Virus record (IMG/VR): IMGVR_UViG_3300017791_000194
Coordinates: 1-64,000 of that record
Reading direction: 5' to 3' (one strand)
Length of the DNA stretch: 64,000 nucleotides
Source: a virus
Taxonomy: Duplodnaviria; Caudoviricetes
Shown in pieces: positions 53,902 to 62,970 of the stretch. Below the pieces are notes generated by a model. The model was not told the DNA's origin, made no database searches, and was given only the letters and a program-made list of their open reading frames with translations. The position numbers and the translations under genes were made by a program. Numbering within the stretch: the stretch's first letter is position 1; every line of letters begins with the position of its first letter.

Positions 53902-55174
53902 TGACGGGAACCTCCTCAGCGGGATTGCTGGCAGACGCCAGCGCCCTGATGTACTCGTCGAACTTCGCTGCGGCGAAGTCCCAGGAGAAGTTGGCGCGCA
54001 CGTGAGCAACACCCTTCTCGCCGAGATCGCGACGCAGCCCGGACGAGCTGTAGAGACGCTCGATCGCTTCGGTAAAGCCAGCGACGTCGGGCATCCAGAG
54101 GTCCTCGCCCGACGGGACGGTGACCATCACACCTGACGGCTCAACAAGAGATCCGCCAGGACCGACCACTTCAGGAATCGCAGAGACGTTCTGGGCGACG
54201 ACCGGGATGCCGCACGCGGCAGCCTCTGAGAGCGTCATCCCGAAGCCCTCTCCGCGGCTCGTCGATACGAAGATGTCGAAGGCGTTGTACAGCGCATTCA
54301 TGTCTTGCTGCGACCAGCCGACGAAGGAGTTGTACAGACCCGGCTGATGGACTCGCTGCTTGATCGCGGCGGCGTCGAGGAACCTGGTGAACATCAGCGG
54401 GATGTTGACCCCGGAGACATTCTCGGTTGCCGCGCAGTGAGCGTAGAACTCGATGTCGCTGTACTTCCTCATCAGCGGCCCGATCGTTCGGATCAGAGCG
54501 CCCCAGTCCTTGCGGCCAGAGTTCTTATCGACTCGACCCACAACGAATGACTTGGGATCGAAGCCGAAGGCCCGTTTGGCGTCCCGCTTGTTCCTGATCA
54601 CGGAGCCATTCGACATCGTGATCGGCTTCTCGGACACCGGCCAGAACTCGTTGGTGTCGACGCCGTGGTACACGAGCTTTGAGCCGGGGTAGTGGTCTTG
54701 GCCCCAGCGGCTCATGGCCACGACGTTGGTGATCTGAGGGATCTTCTCGATCCACGATGGCGGGAGGTTGGTCCCGTCGCACGGGATGTAGCTGATGATC
54801 GGGCGGTACCGAAGGAGATAGCGCTCTTTGTCGTAGTTGTTCTCGAACAGCAGTTGCAACAGCACCTGCGGGTCGGTCAGCATGAACACGACATCGAGCC
54901 CGAGCCCCGGCGTCTCGCCGAGCATCCCGAGTAGCTCCAGCACGCGCGTCTGGCCGTGGATGTCATCGGCCAGGAACTTCGTCGGGTTGTAGAGCTTGAG
55001 ATAGGTGGGCTTGTCGGGTTCCAGGATCGAGGGGAAGTAGTCGCCCTGATAGTTCACCGCGAGGACGTGGATGTCGTGGCCGTAGTCACGCACCAATCGC
55101 TCGCCGATGGCATGCATCACGTTCCCGAAGCCGGTATGACACCCGGCGTCGGTCATGGCGAAGATCCTGGCCAA
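53894..55174 (-). CDS. GT4 (GT-B) glycosyltransferase
   Basis: HTGFGNV, VGRVDKNSGRKD, YNAFDIFVSTSRGEGFGMTLSEAAACG. Confidence 0.9.
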   Translation of the reverse strand: MARIFAMTDAGCHTGFGNVMHAIGERLVRDYGHDIHVLAVNYQGDYFPSILEPDKPTYLKLYNPTKFLADDIHGQTRVLELLGMLGETPGLGLDVVFMLTDPQVLLQLLFENNYDKERYLLRYRPIISYIPCDGTNLPPSWIEKIPQITNVVAMSRWGQDHYPGSKLVYHGVDTNEFWPVSEKPITMSNGSVIRNKRDAKRAFGFDPKSFVVGRVDKNSGRKDWGALIRTIGPLMRKYSDIEFYAHCAATENVSGVNIPLMFTRFLDAAAIKQRVHQPGLYNSFVGWSQQDMNALYNAFDIFVSTSRGEGFGMTLSEAAACGIPVVAQNVSAIPEVVGPGGSLVEPSGVMVTVPSGEDLWMPDVAGFTEAIERLYSSSGLRRDLGEKGVAHVRANFSWDFAAAKFDEYIRALASASNPAEEVPVSA

Positions 55175-55205
55175 GAACCCCTCCCACGCCCATACGGGCT
55201 GATGG

Positions 55206-55532
55206 CTATTGGCGACGAACCCTGATCAGATTCGGAGTCGCAGTGGTCTGAATGCGCAGATCCGGGAAGGTGACTTCCCACTGCACGTTGTAATCACCTG
55301 GCACGGCGAGGTCGTTCGTGTCCCACTGATACACAACCTCACCGCCGTCGGCGTCGACGATGTCCGCTGCGGCATCCACGGTGAACGTACGGTCATCGCC
55401 CTTGCGCATCTGAAAGCGCACGGTGGCATCGGTCAGGTCGATGGGGGTTGTGGGGTCGCCCTTGACGTGGAGCACAGCGCCGAGATCTGGCGCCGTGTCG
55501 CCCTGGACGAAGACCAGCTCGGGCTCGGCCAT
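55206..55532 (-). CDS. BppU-N-like virion protein
   Basis: QGDT...IDLTDATVRF...GEVVYQWDTNDLAVPGDY. Confidence 0.65.
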   Translation of the reverse strand: MAEPELVFVQGDTAPDLGAVLHVKGDPTTPIDLTDATVRFQMRKGDDRTFTVDAAADIVDADGGEVVYQWDTNDLAVPGDYNVQWEVTFPDLRIQTTATPNLIRVRRQ

Positions 55533-55540
55533 CGTTGCTC

Positions 55541-58500
55541 CTAGACAATCACGGCGTCGACTGTGAACGAACTACCACGAGGCAGAAAGGTCGTCGCTTC
55601 GATCACGGTCGCGCTGAGGGTCGCCGCAGACATCCTCGCCGACAGCGTTGCCGCGGCGAAGGGGCCGCTGACGAGTTGCGCTTCAACGTGACCGAAATGC
55701 GCAACCCGAACGACGGCCGATGCCGTGAATGACCCAGCCTGGGTCCGCCGGATAACTGCCTGGGCAGTGAGGGCGGCGACCATGGCCGGTGCCGAGATGA
55801 TGGCGTCGGCTACGAAGACGCCTGAATTGATCTGGGCGAGATACGCATCGAGCGTCGCTGCACCTGATCGGGGAGACAGGATCACCGCACTGGCGGTAAT
55901 CCCGTCCGTTCGGGTTGCCAGGATGTCTGCGTTGGCAGCAATCGAGGCTGGCGACGTCTTCTCGATGACCGCAGCAGTTGTCAGAGACCCTGTTGCAGTA
56001 ACGCGACGGATCGCGTCGATCGCGAATGTAGCAGACCGAGTGCTGAAAAGAACAGCCTGTGCGTTAAAAGACCCGGGAACTGCACGCAAGAGCACCGCGT
56101 CGGCCGTGACAGAGCCAGAAACCGCCTGGCTCACGCGCGCATCAGTTGTAAGCGAACCGGTCGCCGTGATCTTCGTGACAGCGTCCGCAGTGACTGCGCC
56201 GGTGGCCTGACGCAAGATCAGTGCGTCACTAGTGAACGATCCCGTCTGCGTTCGGCGGACGACTGCATCAACTGTTGCCTGGCCCTGTGCAGTCGCGCGC
56301 TGGGTTGCGTCTGCGGTCAGGCTGCCGCTCTGTGTCCGCAGGACGACTGCGTCGCCTGAGAAGGCGAAGGTGCCGACACCCTGGACAAAGGCGTCGGCGG
56401 TGAACGTCTCGGTCTGGGTGCGCCGAATGACGGCGTCTTCGGCGACGCGGCCAGGAACGAAGGCGTCAGCAGTGACGGCGCCAGTCTGAACTCGGCGGAC
56501 AACTGCATCGGCGAACAGATGTCCGGCGATGAAGCTATCCGCCGAGAACGCGCCGCTCTGGCTGCGTGAGATTACCGCGTCGGCGGTGGCAGATCCAGTC
56601 TGGGCTCGCAGCAGAGTTGCATCAGCGATGACAGCGCCCGTGCGCTCACGCTGGAGGATCGCGTCGGCGTTGAACGTGCCAGACTGGCTGCGGGTGACGA
56701 CCGCGTCTGCCGTGGCATTCCCAGTGAGCGTGGCCTTGTTGGTCGCGTCCGCCGTGAATGTCGCAGACCTTGTAGCTGCAAGAACTGCATCCGCACTGAA
56801 CGAGGCGCTGGATGTGCGGAAAACGACAGCGTCGGCTGTGACCGCGCCTGACTGCGTCCGCCGGGAAACCGCGTCAGCGGTGATGGCCCCGGCGGATGTA
56901 GTCCGCAGGGCCGCATCCGCCGTGAGTGCGCCCGTCTGCGTGCGCAGGATGACGGCATCGCCCGAGAAGGCAAAGATGCCAACCCCGGCCACGAAGGCGT
57001 CTGCGGTGAACGATCCCGGCTGCGTTCGCAACAGCGTCGCGTCAGCTCGGAACGAGGCGTGGATGAATGCGTTGGCCGTGAAGCTCCCGGTCTGTCCCGC
57101 CCGGAAAATGACCGCATCTGCGATGAAGCCGATCTCGTGGGTGGTGACGATCGGTTGGCCGACCTCGAACTCGAACCACGTCACCCGGAGGCGCGTCTGC
57201 GGACCACCGCCCGTGGTCGCCCCGACGAAGCGGATCTTGAGCCGGGTGTAGTCAACGATCGAGTCGGCTTCGGCGCCAGTGAGCGTGTACGCAGTCGTGA
57301 TGGCGGTGTCTTGCGTCGGGCTGACCTGGAAGGACGCGACGTCGCCGCCCGCCTGGAAGAGGGTGGCCGTGATGGTGGCTGCGCGGCTGCCCGTCTTCAG
57401 GTGGCGCAGACGCAGGATGTGACCATCCGACCGAAGCGGGTCCTCGACTGGCTGGACGTTGCCCTCGTACGTCGCCGCGGTCGGATTGTCGTCGGTCCGG
57501 ATGTAGTCGTTGTCGTCGGCGCTCGGCTCGTCAATCGACTGGAAGATGTCGATCGTGCCGCCGTTCTGGTCGTACCAGATCGAGTTCAGCGTGTCATTGA
57601 TGACCTTGCCACGCTGCTTGCCGGTGACCTTGGCGTCAGCCGTGAACGAGCCAGACTGCGTGCGCAGGATGACGGCATTGGCGGTGAACGAGCTACTGAT
57701 GGTTGCCCTGAGAGCCGCGTCGGCTGTGAGGACCGCCGAAGTTGGCCGTACCACCACGGCATTGGCTGTGAACGAACCTGTCTGGATTTGGCGGACAACT
57801 GCATCGGCGGACAAATGCCCGGCGATGAAGCTATCGGCGGAGAACGTGCCAGACTGTGTGCGGGTGGTAACCGCGTCGGCGGTGACCGAGCCCGTCTGCG
57901 TGCGCTTGATGACGGCGTTGGCCGAGAACGAACTGCTGATCGTCTTCTTGGTGACCGCATCAGCAACGAGGAACGTCGTGGACGGTTGCACCGCCACGGT
58001 GGCCGCTGTCGGGAAGTACGGGCCGTCAACCCACGAGAATGCTCCGGGGTCTTCGGATGCAGCCGCGAGCTGCCGCTCGGCGGAGCCGATGCTCGACTCT
58101 CCGAACAGCGGGGCCATGCCGTTGCTGTAGCTCGACGGGTAGCCCGTGATGTTCCCTGACCAGTTGCCCCCGCCGCCCCCTGTGGTGTACGCCGACGAGA
58201 GCGCGATCCAGAGCGTGTTGGCCGTGCCCCACGACGGAGTCAGGCTCGGCGGATCGGCGCTGCCGACCCACCCGGCGACCTCCATGGAGGAGGCGGCGCG
58301 GCACAAGTAGCTGACCCAGGAAGTCGACGTAGCGAGCGCGCCGAAGTCGACGGTTACCGAGCCTGTGGCAATGTCGCCGGAATCGAGAACCTTGTAGCGA
58401 GCCTCCTCGACATGCTGGCCCGGAGAGGAGAGCCCCAGGAGGGATACCCAGCCGGACGGCCAGGTGTTAGACCCCCCGCCGAAACGGTGGGAGTACGCGA

Positions 58501-60241
58501 TGAGGAGCAGGTCACCAACCTGCGCTGACCCAGAGATTGGGACTGTGGTGAAGGTCTGGGTGTTGTTGCCCCCGCTGGAACGAGCGACGATGTTGACTGT
58601 GCCGGGCAGGCCAGTCTGCGTGCGCAGGATGACGGCATCGGCGGTGAACGAACCGGTAGCGGTGAGTCGTCTGGTGGCATCGGCGGTGAACGTCCCGGTC
58701 TGGGTCTTCTTGATAGCCGCGTCGGCGGCGAAGTGGCCCGCGATGAACGCATCACCGGTGAATGAGCCGCTCTGCGTCCTGAAGACAACGGCATTCGCTG
58801 TGAGTGAACTGGAGACCGTTGCCTTGGTTACCGCATCAGCAGTGAACGATGACCCGATCGTCTTCTTGATTACTGCGTTGGCGGTGAAGCTGCCATTGAT
58901 TGTTGTTGCTCCCGCGAAGATGTAGGCGTCAGCAGTGAAGCCGGGCGGGGCGACCTGAACACGGAAGATAAGGTCGGCGCTGATGACTTCCGACCATGCG
59001 CTGCTGAAATACCGAGAGGCAGTTCCGCCGCCATAGCTCGTGTTGGTATTGACCGTGACGTAGTTGTCCGTCGCGTTCAACGAGCCCGATCGCTTGAACA
59101 CCAGCCAGTACTTCGTGCCGCTCGCGACCTGCGCAGAGCAGGCGTCGGTGCGCAGCCCCGGCGTGGTGCTCAGTGACGCGCCAGAGACGGTGGCGAGCGT
59201 CCCGATGACCGTTTCGCTTGGCGCATTGGATGCATCGGTTTGTAGTTCAACGACAACGTTATCGGCGGGCGCGCCGTTCTTGCCGATGTCCCAGGCGATC
59301 TCGATCAGTTCGCCAGTAGCTGGGGCGAGGAACGATTGAGCGCGGCGTTCAGGGTTCGTGCTGGTCTCAGCATCGCTGCCGAAGTTCGAGGTGATTACCC
59401 CCGCCAAGACAGTTTGCTCGTACTTCTCGCCCGGCCTGACCGTACGCAAGAGCACAGCATCAGCGGTGAAGCCACCGGTGATCGTCTTCTTGATGACAGC
59501 ATCGGCGGTAAAAGCGGAGGAGATCGTTGCCTTGATGACCGCGTCAGCGGTGAGCGTGTTGCGGACGTTCGAGCGCAGGGCAAACGTCCACTGAAGGCCA
59601 TCATCGGTTGAGGCGCCGCCCAGGGTCCACGCACCCGGATTGGAGGTCGTGCCCGCCGCGACATCGAGCAGCCACGCGAAGCCCGAGCTACCGTCCGTGC
59701 CACCCGTCTCGTCGTATCGAGCCGCCGTGTCGCCGGAGTAGGTCGCGGGGACCGTGATCGAGCCGCCGTAGTCGTTGTTCTTCGCGAAGACGGTGGCAAC
59801 CACGTCCTTGTCGAGGATGGTCGCCGCCGACAATGCAGGCGGATCTGGGCTCTGGGTGTTGCTGAATGTCGCCGGGTTGGCGGCGGACGTACGCTCGAAC
59901 GGGTCGGCGGCCGAGCCGTTGACGTCGCGGAACACGACTGTGTAGAAGCCATCGGTGTTGTTGGTCGAGCTGGTGGCTGTCCACGCGAAGGTCGTGTCAC
60001 CGGCGACAAGCGTGCGGTAGCCGATGAACAGATGGCCGAAGCCCGCGCTGGAGAAGTCAACCTTCTGGGTGACCGTGCCGGGTTCGGTGAAGGTTCTGCC
60101 CGACTCGCGGCTGGCCCAGACGAAGATCGCGAAGTCACCTGGCAACCAATTAGCAGGCAGCGCCCAGCTGCCAGATGTCAGGTTATTCCCGGAGTTTCCG
60201 AAGCTCGCCCCGACAAACGTGACGCCACGCACAGCAGCCAT
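55541..60241 (-). CDS. Giant repeat-rich fibre/decoration protein (1566 aa)
   Basis: Dozens of ~13-aa GSFTADAVIxRTQ repeats separating globular domains. Confidence 0.75.
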   Translation of the reverse strand: MAAVRGVTFVGASFGNSGNNLTSGSWALPANWLPGDFAIFVWASRESGRTFTEPGTVTQKVDFSSAGFGHLFIGYRTLVAGDTTFAWTATSSTNNTDGFYTVVFRDVNGSAADPFERTSAANPATFSNTQSPDPPALSAATILDKDVVATVFAKNNDYGGSITVPATYSGDTAARYDETGGTDGSSGFAWLLDVAAGTTSNPGAWTLGGASTDDGLQWTFALRSNVRNTLTADAVIKATISSAFTADAVIKKTITGGFTADAVLLRTVRPGEKYEQTVLAGVITSNFGSDAETSTNPERRAQSFLAPATGELIEIAWDIGKNGAPADNVVVELQTDASNAPSETVIGTLATVSGASLSTTPGLRTDACSAQVASGTKYWLVFKRSGSLNATDNYVTVNTNTSYGGGTASRYFSSAWSEVISADLIFRVQVAPPGFTADAYIFAGATTINGSFTANAVIKKTIGSSFTADAVTKATVSSSLTANAVVFRTQSGSFTGDAFIAGHFAADAAIKKTQTGTFTADATRRLTATGSFTADAVILRTQTGLPGTVNIVARSSGGNNTQTFTTVPISGSAQVGDLLLIAYSHRFGGGSNTWPSGWVSLLGLSSPGQHVEEARYKVLDSGDIATGSVTVDFGALATSTSWVSYLCRAASSMEVAGWVGSADPPSLTPSWGTANTLWIALSSAYTTGGGGGNWSGNITGYPSSYSNGMAPLFGESSIGSAERQLAAASEDPGAFSWVDGPYFPTAATVAVQPSTTFLVADAVTKKTISSSFSANAVIKRTQTGSVTADAVTTRTQSGTFSADSFIAGHLSADAVVRQIQTGSFTANAVVVRPTSAVLTADAALRATISSSFTANAVILRTQSGSFTADAKVTGKQRGKVINDTLNSIWYDQNGGTIDIFQSIDEPSADDNDYIRTDDNPTAATYEGNVQPVEDPLRSDGHILRLRHLKTGSRAATITATLFQAGGDVASFQVSPTQDTAITTAYTLTGAEADSIVDYTRLKIRFVGATTGGGPQTRLRVTWFEFEVGQPIVTTHEIGFIADAVIFRAGQTGSFTANAFIHASFRADATLLRTQPGSFTADAFVAGVGIFAFSGDAVILRTQTGALTADAALRTTSAGAITADAVSRRTQSGAVTADAVVFRTSSASFSADAVLAATRSATFTADATNKATLTGNATADAVVTRSQSGTFNADAILQRERTGAVIADATLLRAQTGSATADAVISRSQSGAFSADSFIAGHLFADAVVRRVQTGAVTADAFVPGRVAEDAVIRRTQTETFTADAFVQGVGTFAFSGDAVVLRTQSGSLTADATQRATAQGQATVDAVVRRTQTGSFTSDALILRQATGAVTADAVTKITATGSLTTDARVSQAVSGSVTADAVLLRAVPGSFNAQAVLFSTRSATFAIDAIRRVTATGSLTTAAVIEKTSPASIAANADILATRTDGITASAVILSPRSGAATLDAYLAQINSGVFVADAIISAPAMVAALTAQAVIRRTQAGSFTASAVVRVAHFGHVEAQLVSGPFAAATLSARMSAATLSATVIEATTFLPRGSSFTVDAVIV

Positions 60242-60260
60242 CAGCGTTCACCGGGCACGC

Positions 60261-60288
60261 AAAAGCCGGGCCCCCGAAGGAGCCCGGC
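60261..60288 (-). terminator. Intrinsic terminator
   Basis: GCCGGGCTCC-TTCG-GGGGCCCGGC-TTTT on the minus strand. Confidence 0.7.
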
Positions 60289-60444
60289 GGTGCGTGTAGT
60301 TGTGCTGATGGTGGTCGGCATGGGATTGCCTCTCGGTCAGCCCATTGGATTGGGCTGGACTAGATCACTTCCACAATGAAACGAGAAGGCCCAGGAGGGC
60401 GAGCAGCCCCGGCCCGGCGAGGACGATGAGCCTAGTACGACGAG

Positions 60445-60915
60445 TCATGGAGCGGTGTCCGGGGAGGGGTGCGAGGTTGAGCCAGCCGGGTAGCTAGCGA
60501 GGCCTGCGCGCCCCTCCCGAGAGACCGCTCGAAGACGACGCCATTCACGAATCACCTCTGACTGGCCGAAGCGAGCCACCACGGCGTCGATCGTCTCGCC
60601 ACTCGGGACTTGTTCGCCCCGGCAGATGCGCCAGACCGCGCTGTGATCCACGGCTAGCTCACGACCCATCTGATGCGCCGATGCGCGCGACATCAGCGAG
60701 CGAATCACATCGGTGAACAAGATCTCGGGTCGATCATCGTTCTGCCGCGCGCGGCGCAATGCTGAACGCTGACGTTCGCGTTCGCGGTACTCGGGGTGGT
60801 CCGCCTTCCAGGCCTTGGACCGAGCGCTCCAGAATTCTGGGTCGTCGCTGTGCTGTTTACCGTGACCGCCGCGGGAGCCCACACCGGTCTGGACGCTGCG
60901 GGCTGACCGCTTCAA
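60445..60915 (-). CDS. Protein with C-terminal XRE-like HTH
   Basis: SAHQMGRELAVDHSAVWRICRGEQVPSGETI. Confidence 0.5.
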   Translation of the reverse strand: MKRSARSVQTGVGSRGGHGKQHSDDPEFWSARSKAWKADHPEYRERERQRSALRRARQNDDRPEILFTDVIRSLMSRASAHQMGRELAVDHSAVWRICRGEQVPSGETIDAVVARFGQSEVIREWRRLRAVSREGRAGLASYPAGSTSHPSPDTAP

Positions 60916-60918
60916 ATC

Positions 60919-61302
60919 TCACCGTGGCCCTCGTGCTTTGACCTGGAGGATGCCGAGCTGGTCGACGTCATCGCCGCCGACCACAACGCCGTCGGGCATC
61001 ACCCACAGACGCTGTTCGATCCCGTTGACAAGCTTCTTGCCGATGCCGTAGGCGATGATCTCGTTGCTGCCGCCAGATCCAGCGATGCCGACATGACGAG
61101 CCGTGTAGTACGGCTGATCACCAGGGTTGACCCGGACGGTCAGCACGATGGCTGAGTCACTCTTGCGGCGTAGCAGCCACCAGCCGGGGCGCCGCAGCCA
61201 AGATGAGTACGTGGCATGCCACTGATGCTCTTCAACATCAACAAACAGAACAGCTTGATCATCATCAACGATCATCAGATCGTAGGGCGTTGATTCGTTC
61301 AT
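60919..61302 (-). CDS. Hypothetical protein
   Basis: ATG 61302; the longer ORF's N-terminus is array sequence. Confidence 0.55.
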   Translation of the reverse strand: MNESTPYDLMIVDDDQAVLFVDVEEHQWHATYSSWLRRPGWWLLRRKSDSAIVLTVRVNPGDQPYYTARHVGIAGSGGSNEIIAYGIGKKLVNGIEQRLWVMPDGVVVGGDDVDQLGILQVKARGPR

Positions 61303-61310
61303 ACTGCCCT

Positions 61311-61405
61311 GCCTTGGCACGGCGAGTCTGGGCATGGCCGGGTCGGGCCTGGCGGGGTTGGGCTGGGCATGGCGTGGGAGGAGCTGTTCATCCGAGCAGC
61401 TCCTC
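61311..61405 (+). ncRNA. GGY-NN array A12 (13 units) plus 3' hairpin, antisense to the late operon
   Basis: CATACT, 5 nt, gcctt ggcac...ggcat ggcgt; hairpin GAGGAGCTGTTC-ATCC-GAGCAGCTCCTC 61378-61405. Confidence 0.75.
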
Positions 61406-62203
61406 AATCCGCTCTCGCGTCAAGGTCGGCAGGCCCATCGAGTCGTTGATCCTCTGGCGCTCGGCGCTGACTTCGGGATCGCGGTCACGTACTTCCTGGA
61501 GGAAGTGGCGCCTGCGGACTTCGATCTCGGAAACGTGACCAATCTCGATTCGGGTATCGACGAAGATGCGCGCGCCCACGGCCTTTGCGTCCTGGCAAAA
61601 CTGAAGGTCCTCCCCAAAGACGCCCGTCCAGCGGAAGAACTCCGTGGGGTTCATCCCGATCCGCACGCCGTATGGCGGCATTGGGCTCCCGATGATCATC
61701 TCGAAGACACGCTTGTGGATGAGCACGAAGGCCATCCCCGTCGCGTCGACCTCGACGATGTCTTCGGTCCAGTCTTCGAGGTAGTTGTAGGCGCCCGAGG
61801 TCGGGTTCTCCCGCATGAACAGCGTGGGCTGGTACGGTGCCGATCGGCGGAAGCACAGGGCGCCCATGATGTCGGCGTCGACCTCGTCGCGGGCTGCGAC
61901 CAGGCGCCCGATGTCTTTGGGATACCAGACCATGTCGTCGTCGATGAACATCAGCCAGTCGCCGATCATCCGCTGCACCGCGCCGTTGCGCTGGAGCGGC
62001 AGGATGTTGCCCTGGATGATGTTCCGGTTGACGTAGCGGCCTGGCGGTATCCAGGTCCAGTCAGTGTGGGTCAGGGCGGTGGCCGTGGCCGCGTTGACGG
62101 TGTCACGAACCGGGATCGAGATCGTCCCGACACAGGCGGGATCGTCGCCTTCAGGGAAGTTTCCCAGGAGACGCAGCTCAGAGAACTGCACCTGGCTCTT
62201 CAT
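61388..62203 (-). CDS. GT2-like (GT-A) glycosyltransferase
   Basis: WLMFIDDD, VDATGMAFVLI, GEDLQFC. Confidence 0.8.
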   Translation of the reverse strand: MKSQVQFSELRLLGNFPEGDDPACVGTISIPVRDTVNAATATALTHTDWTWIPPGRYVNRNIIQGNILPLQRNGAVQRMIGDWLMFIDDDMVWYPKDIGRLVAARDEVDADIMGALCFRRSAPYQPTLFMRENPTSGAYNYLEDWTEDIVEVDATGMAFVLIHKRVFEMIIGSPMPPYGVRIGMNPTEFFRWTGVFGEDLQFCQDAKAVGARIFVDTRIEIGHVSEIEVRRRHFLQEVRDRDPEVSAERQRINDSMGLPTLTRERIEELLG

Positions 62204-62241
62204 CTGTCCTCCAGGAGTGACCTTGAGAGGTTGTCAGCTGG

Positions 62242-62460
62242 CTAGCGCTTGCCGCCGCCAAAGCCAAAGATTGGCCCGCCAGTGAAGAACCAGATCAACC
62301 CGACGAGAACGCCGATGGCCCAGCCCCACTGGACGAAGAAGTTGCCCGCGATCTGAGCGATCGGCGCGGGCAACGACTTGATGATCGGCCCGAGCAGGTA
62401 GACGAGCAGCGCCCCGACGATGATCGCGATGACGACTGCAACAACGATGGCCTCAATCAT
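62242..62460 (-). CDS. Two-TM membrane protein
   Basis: GGAG RBS; hydrophobic. Confidence 0.55.
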   Translation of the reverse strand: MIEAIVVAVVIAIIVGALLVYLLGPIIKSLPAPIAQIAGNFFVQWGWAIGVLVGLIWFFTGGPIFGFGGGKR

Positions 62461-62642
62461 GCTGGCTCCTTTGGTGCGCGCGCCTGGATACGCAGGCATG
62501 TCTCACACGACTTCTCATCCGCAGGGAAGACATCGAGCGTTTCCCCGTGGGCGGTTTTGCCACACACCGTGACATAGGTATCGAACGCCCGGGTGGGCGT
62601 CCGGACCGCGTGCCATGAGCGGATCTTGACCCAGCCCCACAT
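62457..62642 (-). CDS. Small zinc-finger protein
   Basis: WH...CG...CETC. Confidence 0.5.
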   Translation of the reverse strand: MWGWVKIRSWHAVRTPTRAFDTYVTVCGKTAHGETLDVFPADEKSCETCLRIQARAPKEPA

Positions 62643-62643
62643 G

Positions 62644-62970
62644 TCAGGCCTGGGCGGTGACGGTCACGGACGCTGTCGCGACGCTCGAATCATCCGAGGC
62701 GTCGTTGAGCCGGATCGTCCAGCTGCCATCATCGGGGAACACATAGTTGTTGAACTCATGGGTTCCGTCGTCATTGGTGCCGAAGACGTAGCTTCGACCC
62801 ATCTCTGTGCCGCCCAGCTCGAAGGTGAGGTAGTAGTTCACCGCCGGGCTGGCCGGGTAGTTGTTGGCGTCGTAACCGGTGTCGGTGTTATCGGGCGCAT
62901 CGTCCACGGTGACTCGGCAGGCATCGGTGATTGCCTCCGGGGAGGCGGGGACGCAGGTGATGGTTGCCAT
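62644..62970 (-). CDS. Ig-like virion protein
   Basis: Beta-rich; GSWTIRLND...ATASVTVT. Confidence 0.5.
   Translation of the reverse strand: MATITCVPASPEAITDACRVTVDDAPDNTDTGYDANNYPASPAVNYYLTFELGGTEMGRSYVFGTNDDGTHEFNNYVFPDDGSWTIRLNDASDDSSVATASVTVTAQA

Noticed and set aside
41437-60241. Diversity-generating retroelement or intein explaining the repeats and inserts
   Set aside because: No reverse transcriptase, no TR/VR pair with A-specific mismatches, and no C/S...HN-C/S/T intein ends around the TMP HNH.
19067-61375. Reading the GGY-NN tracts as CRISPR arrays
   Set aside because: No 23-50 bp direct repeats with unique spacers; the period is 5 nt; no cas1/cas2.
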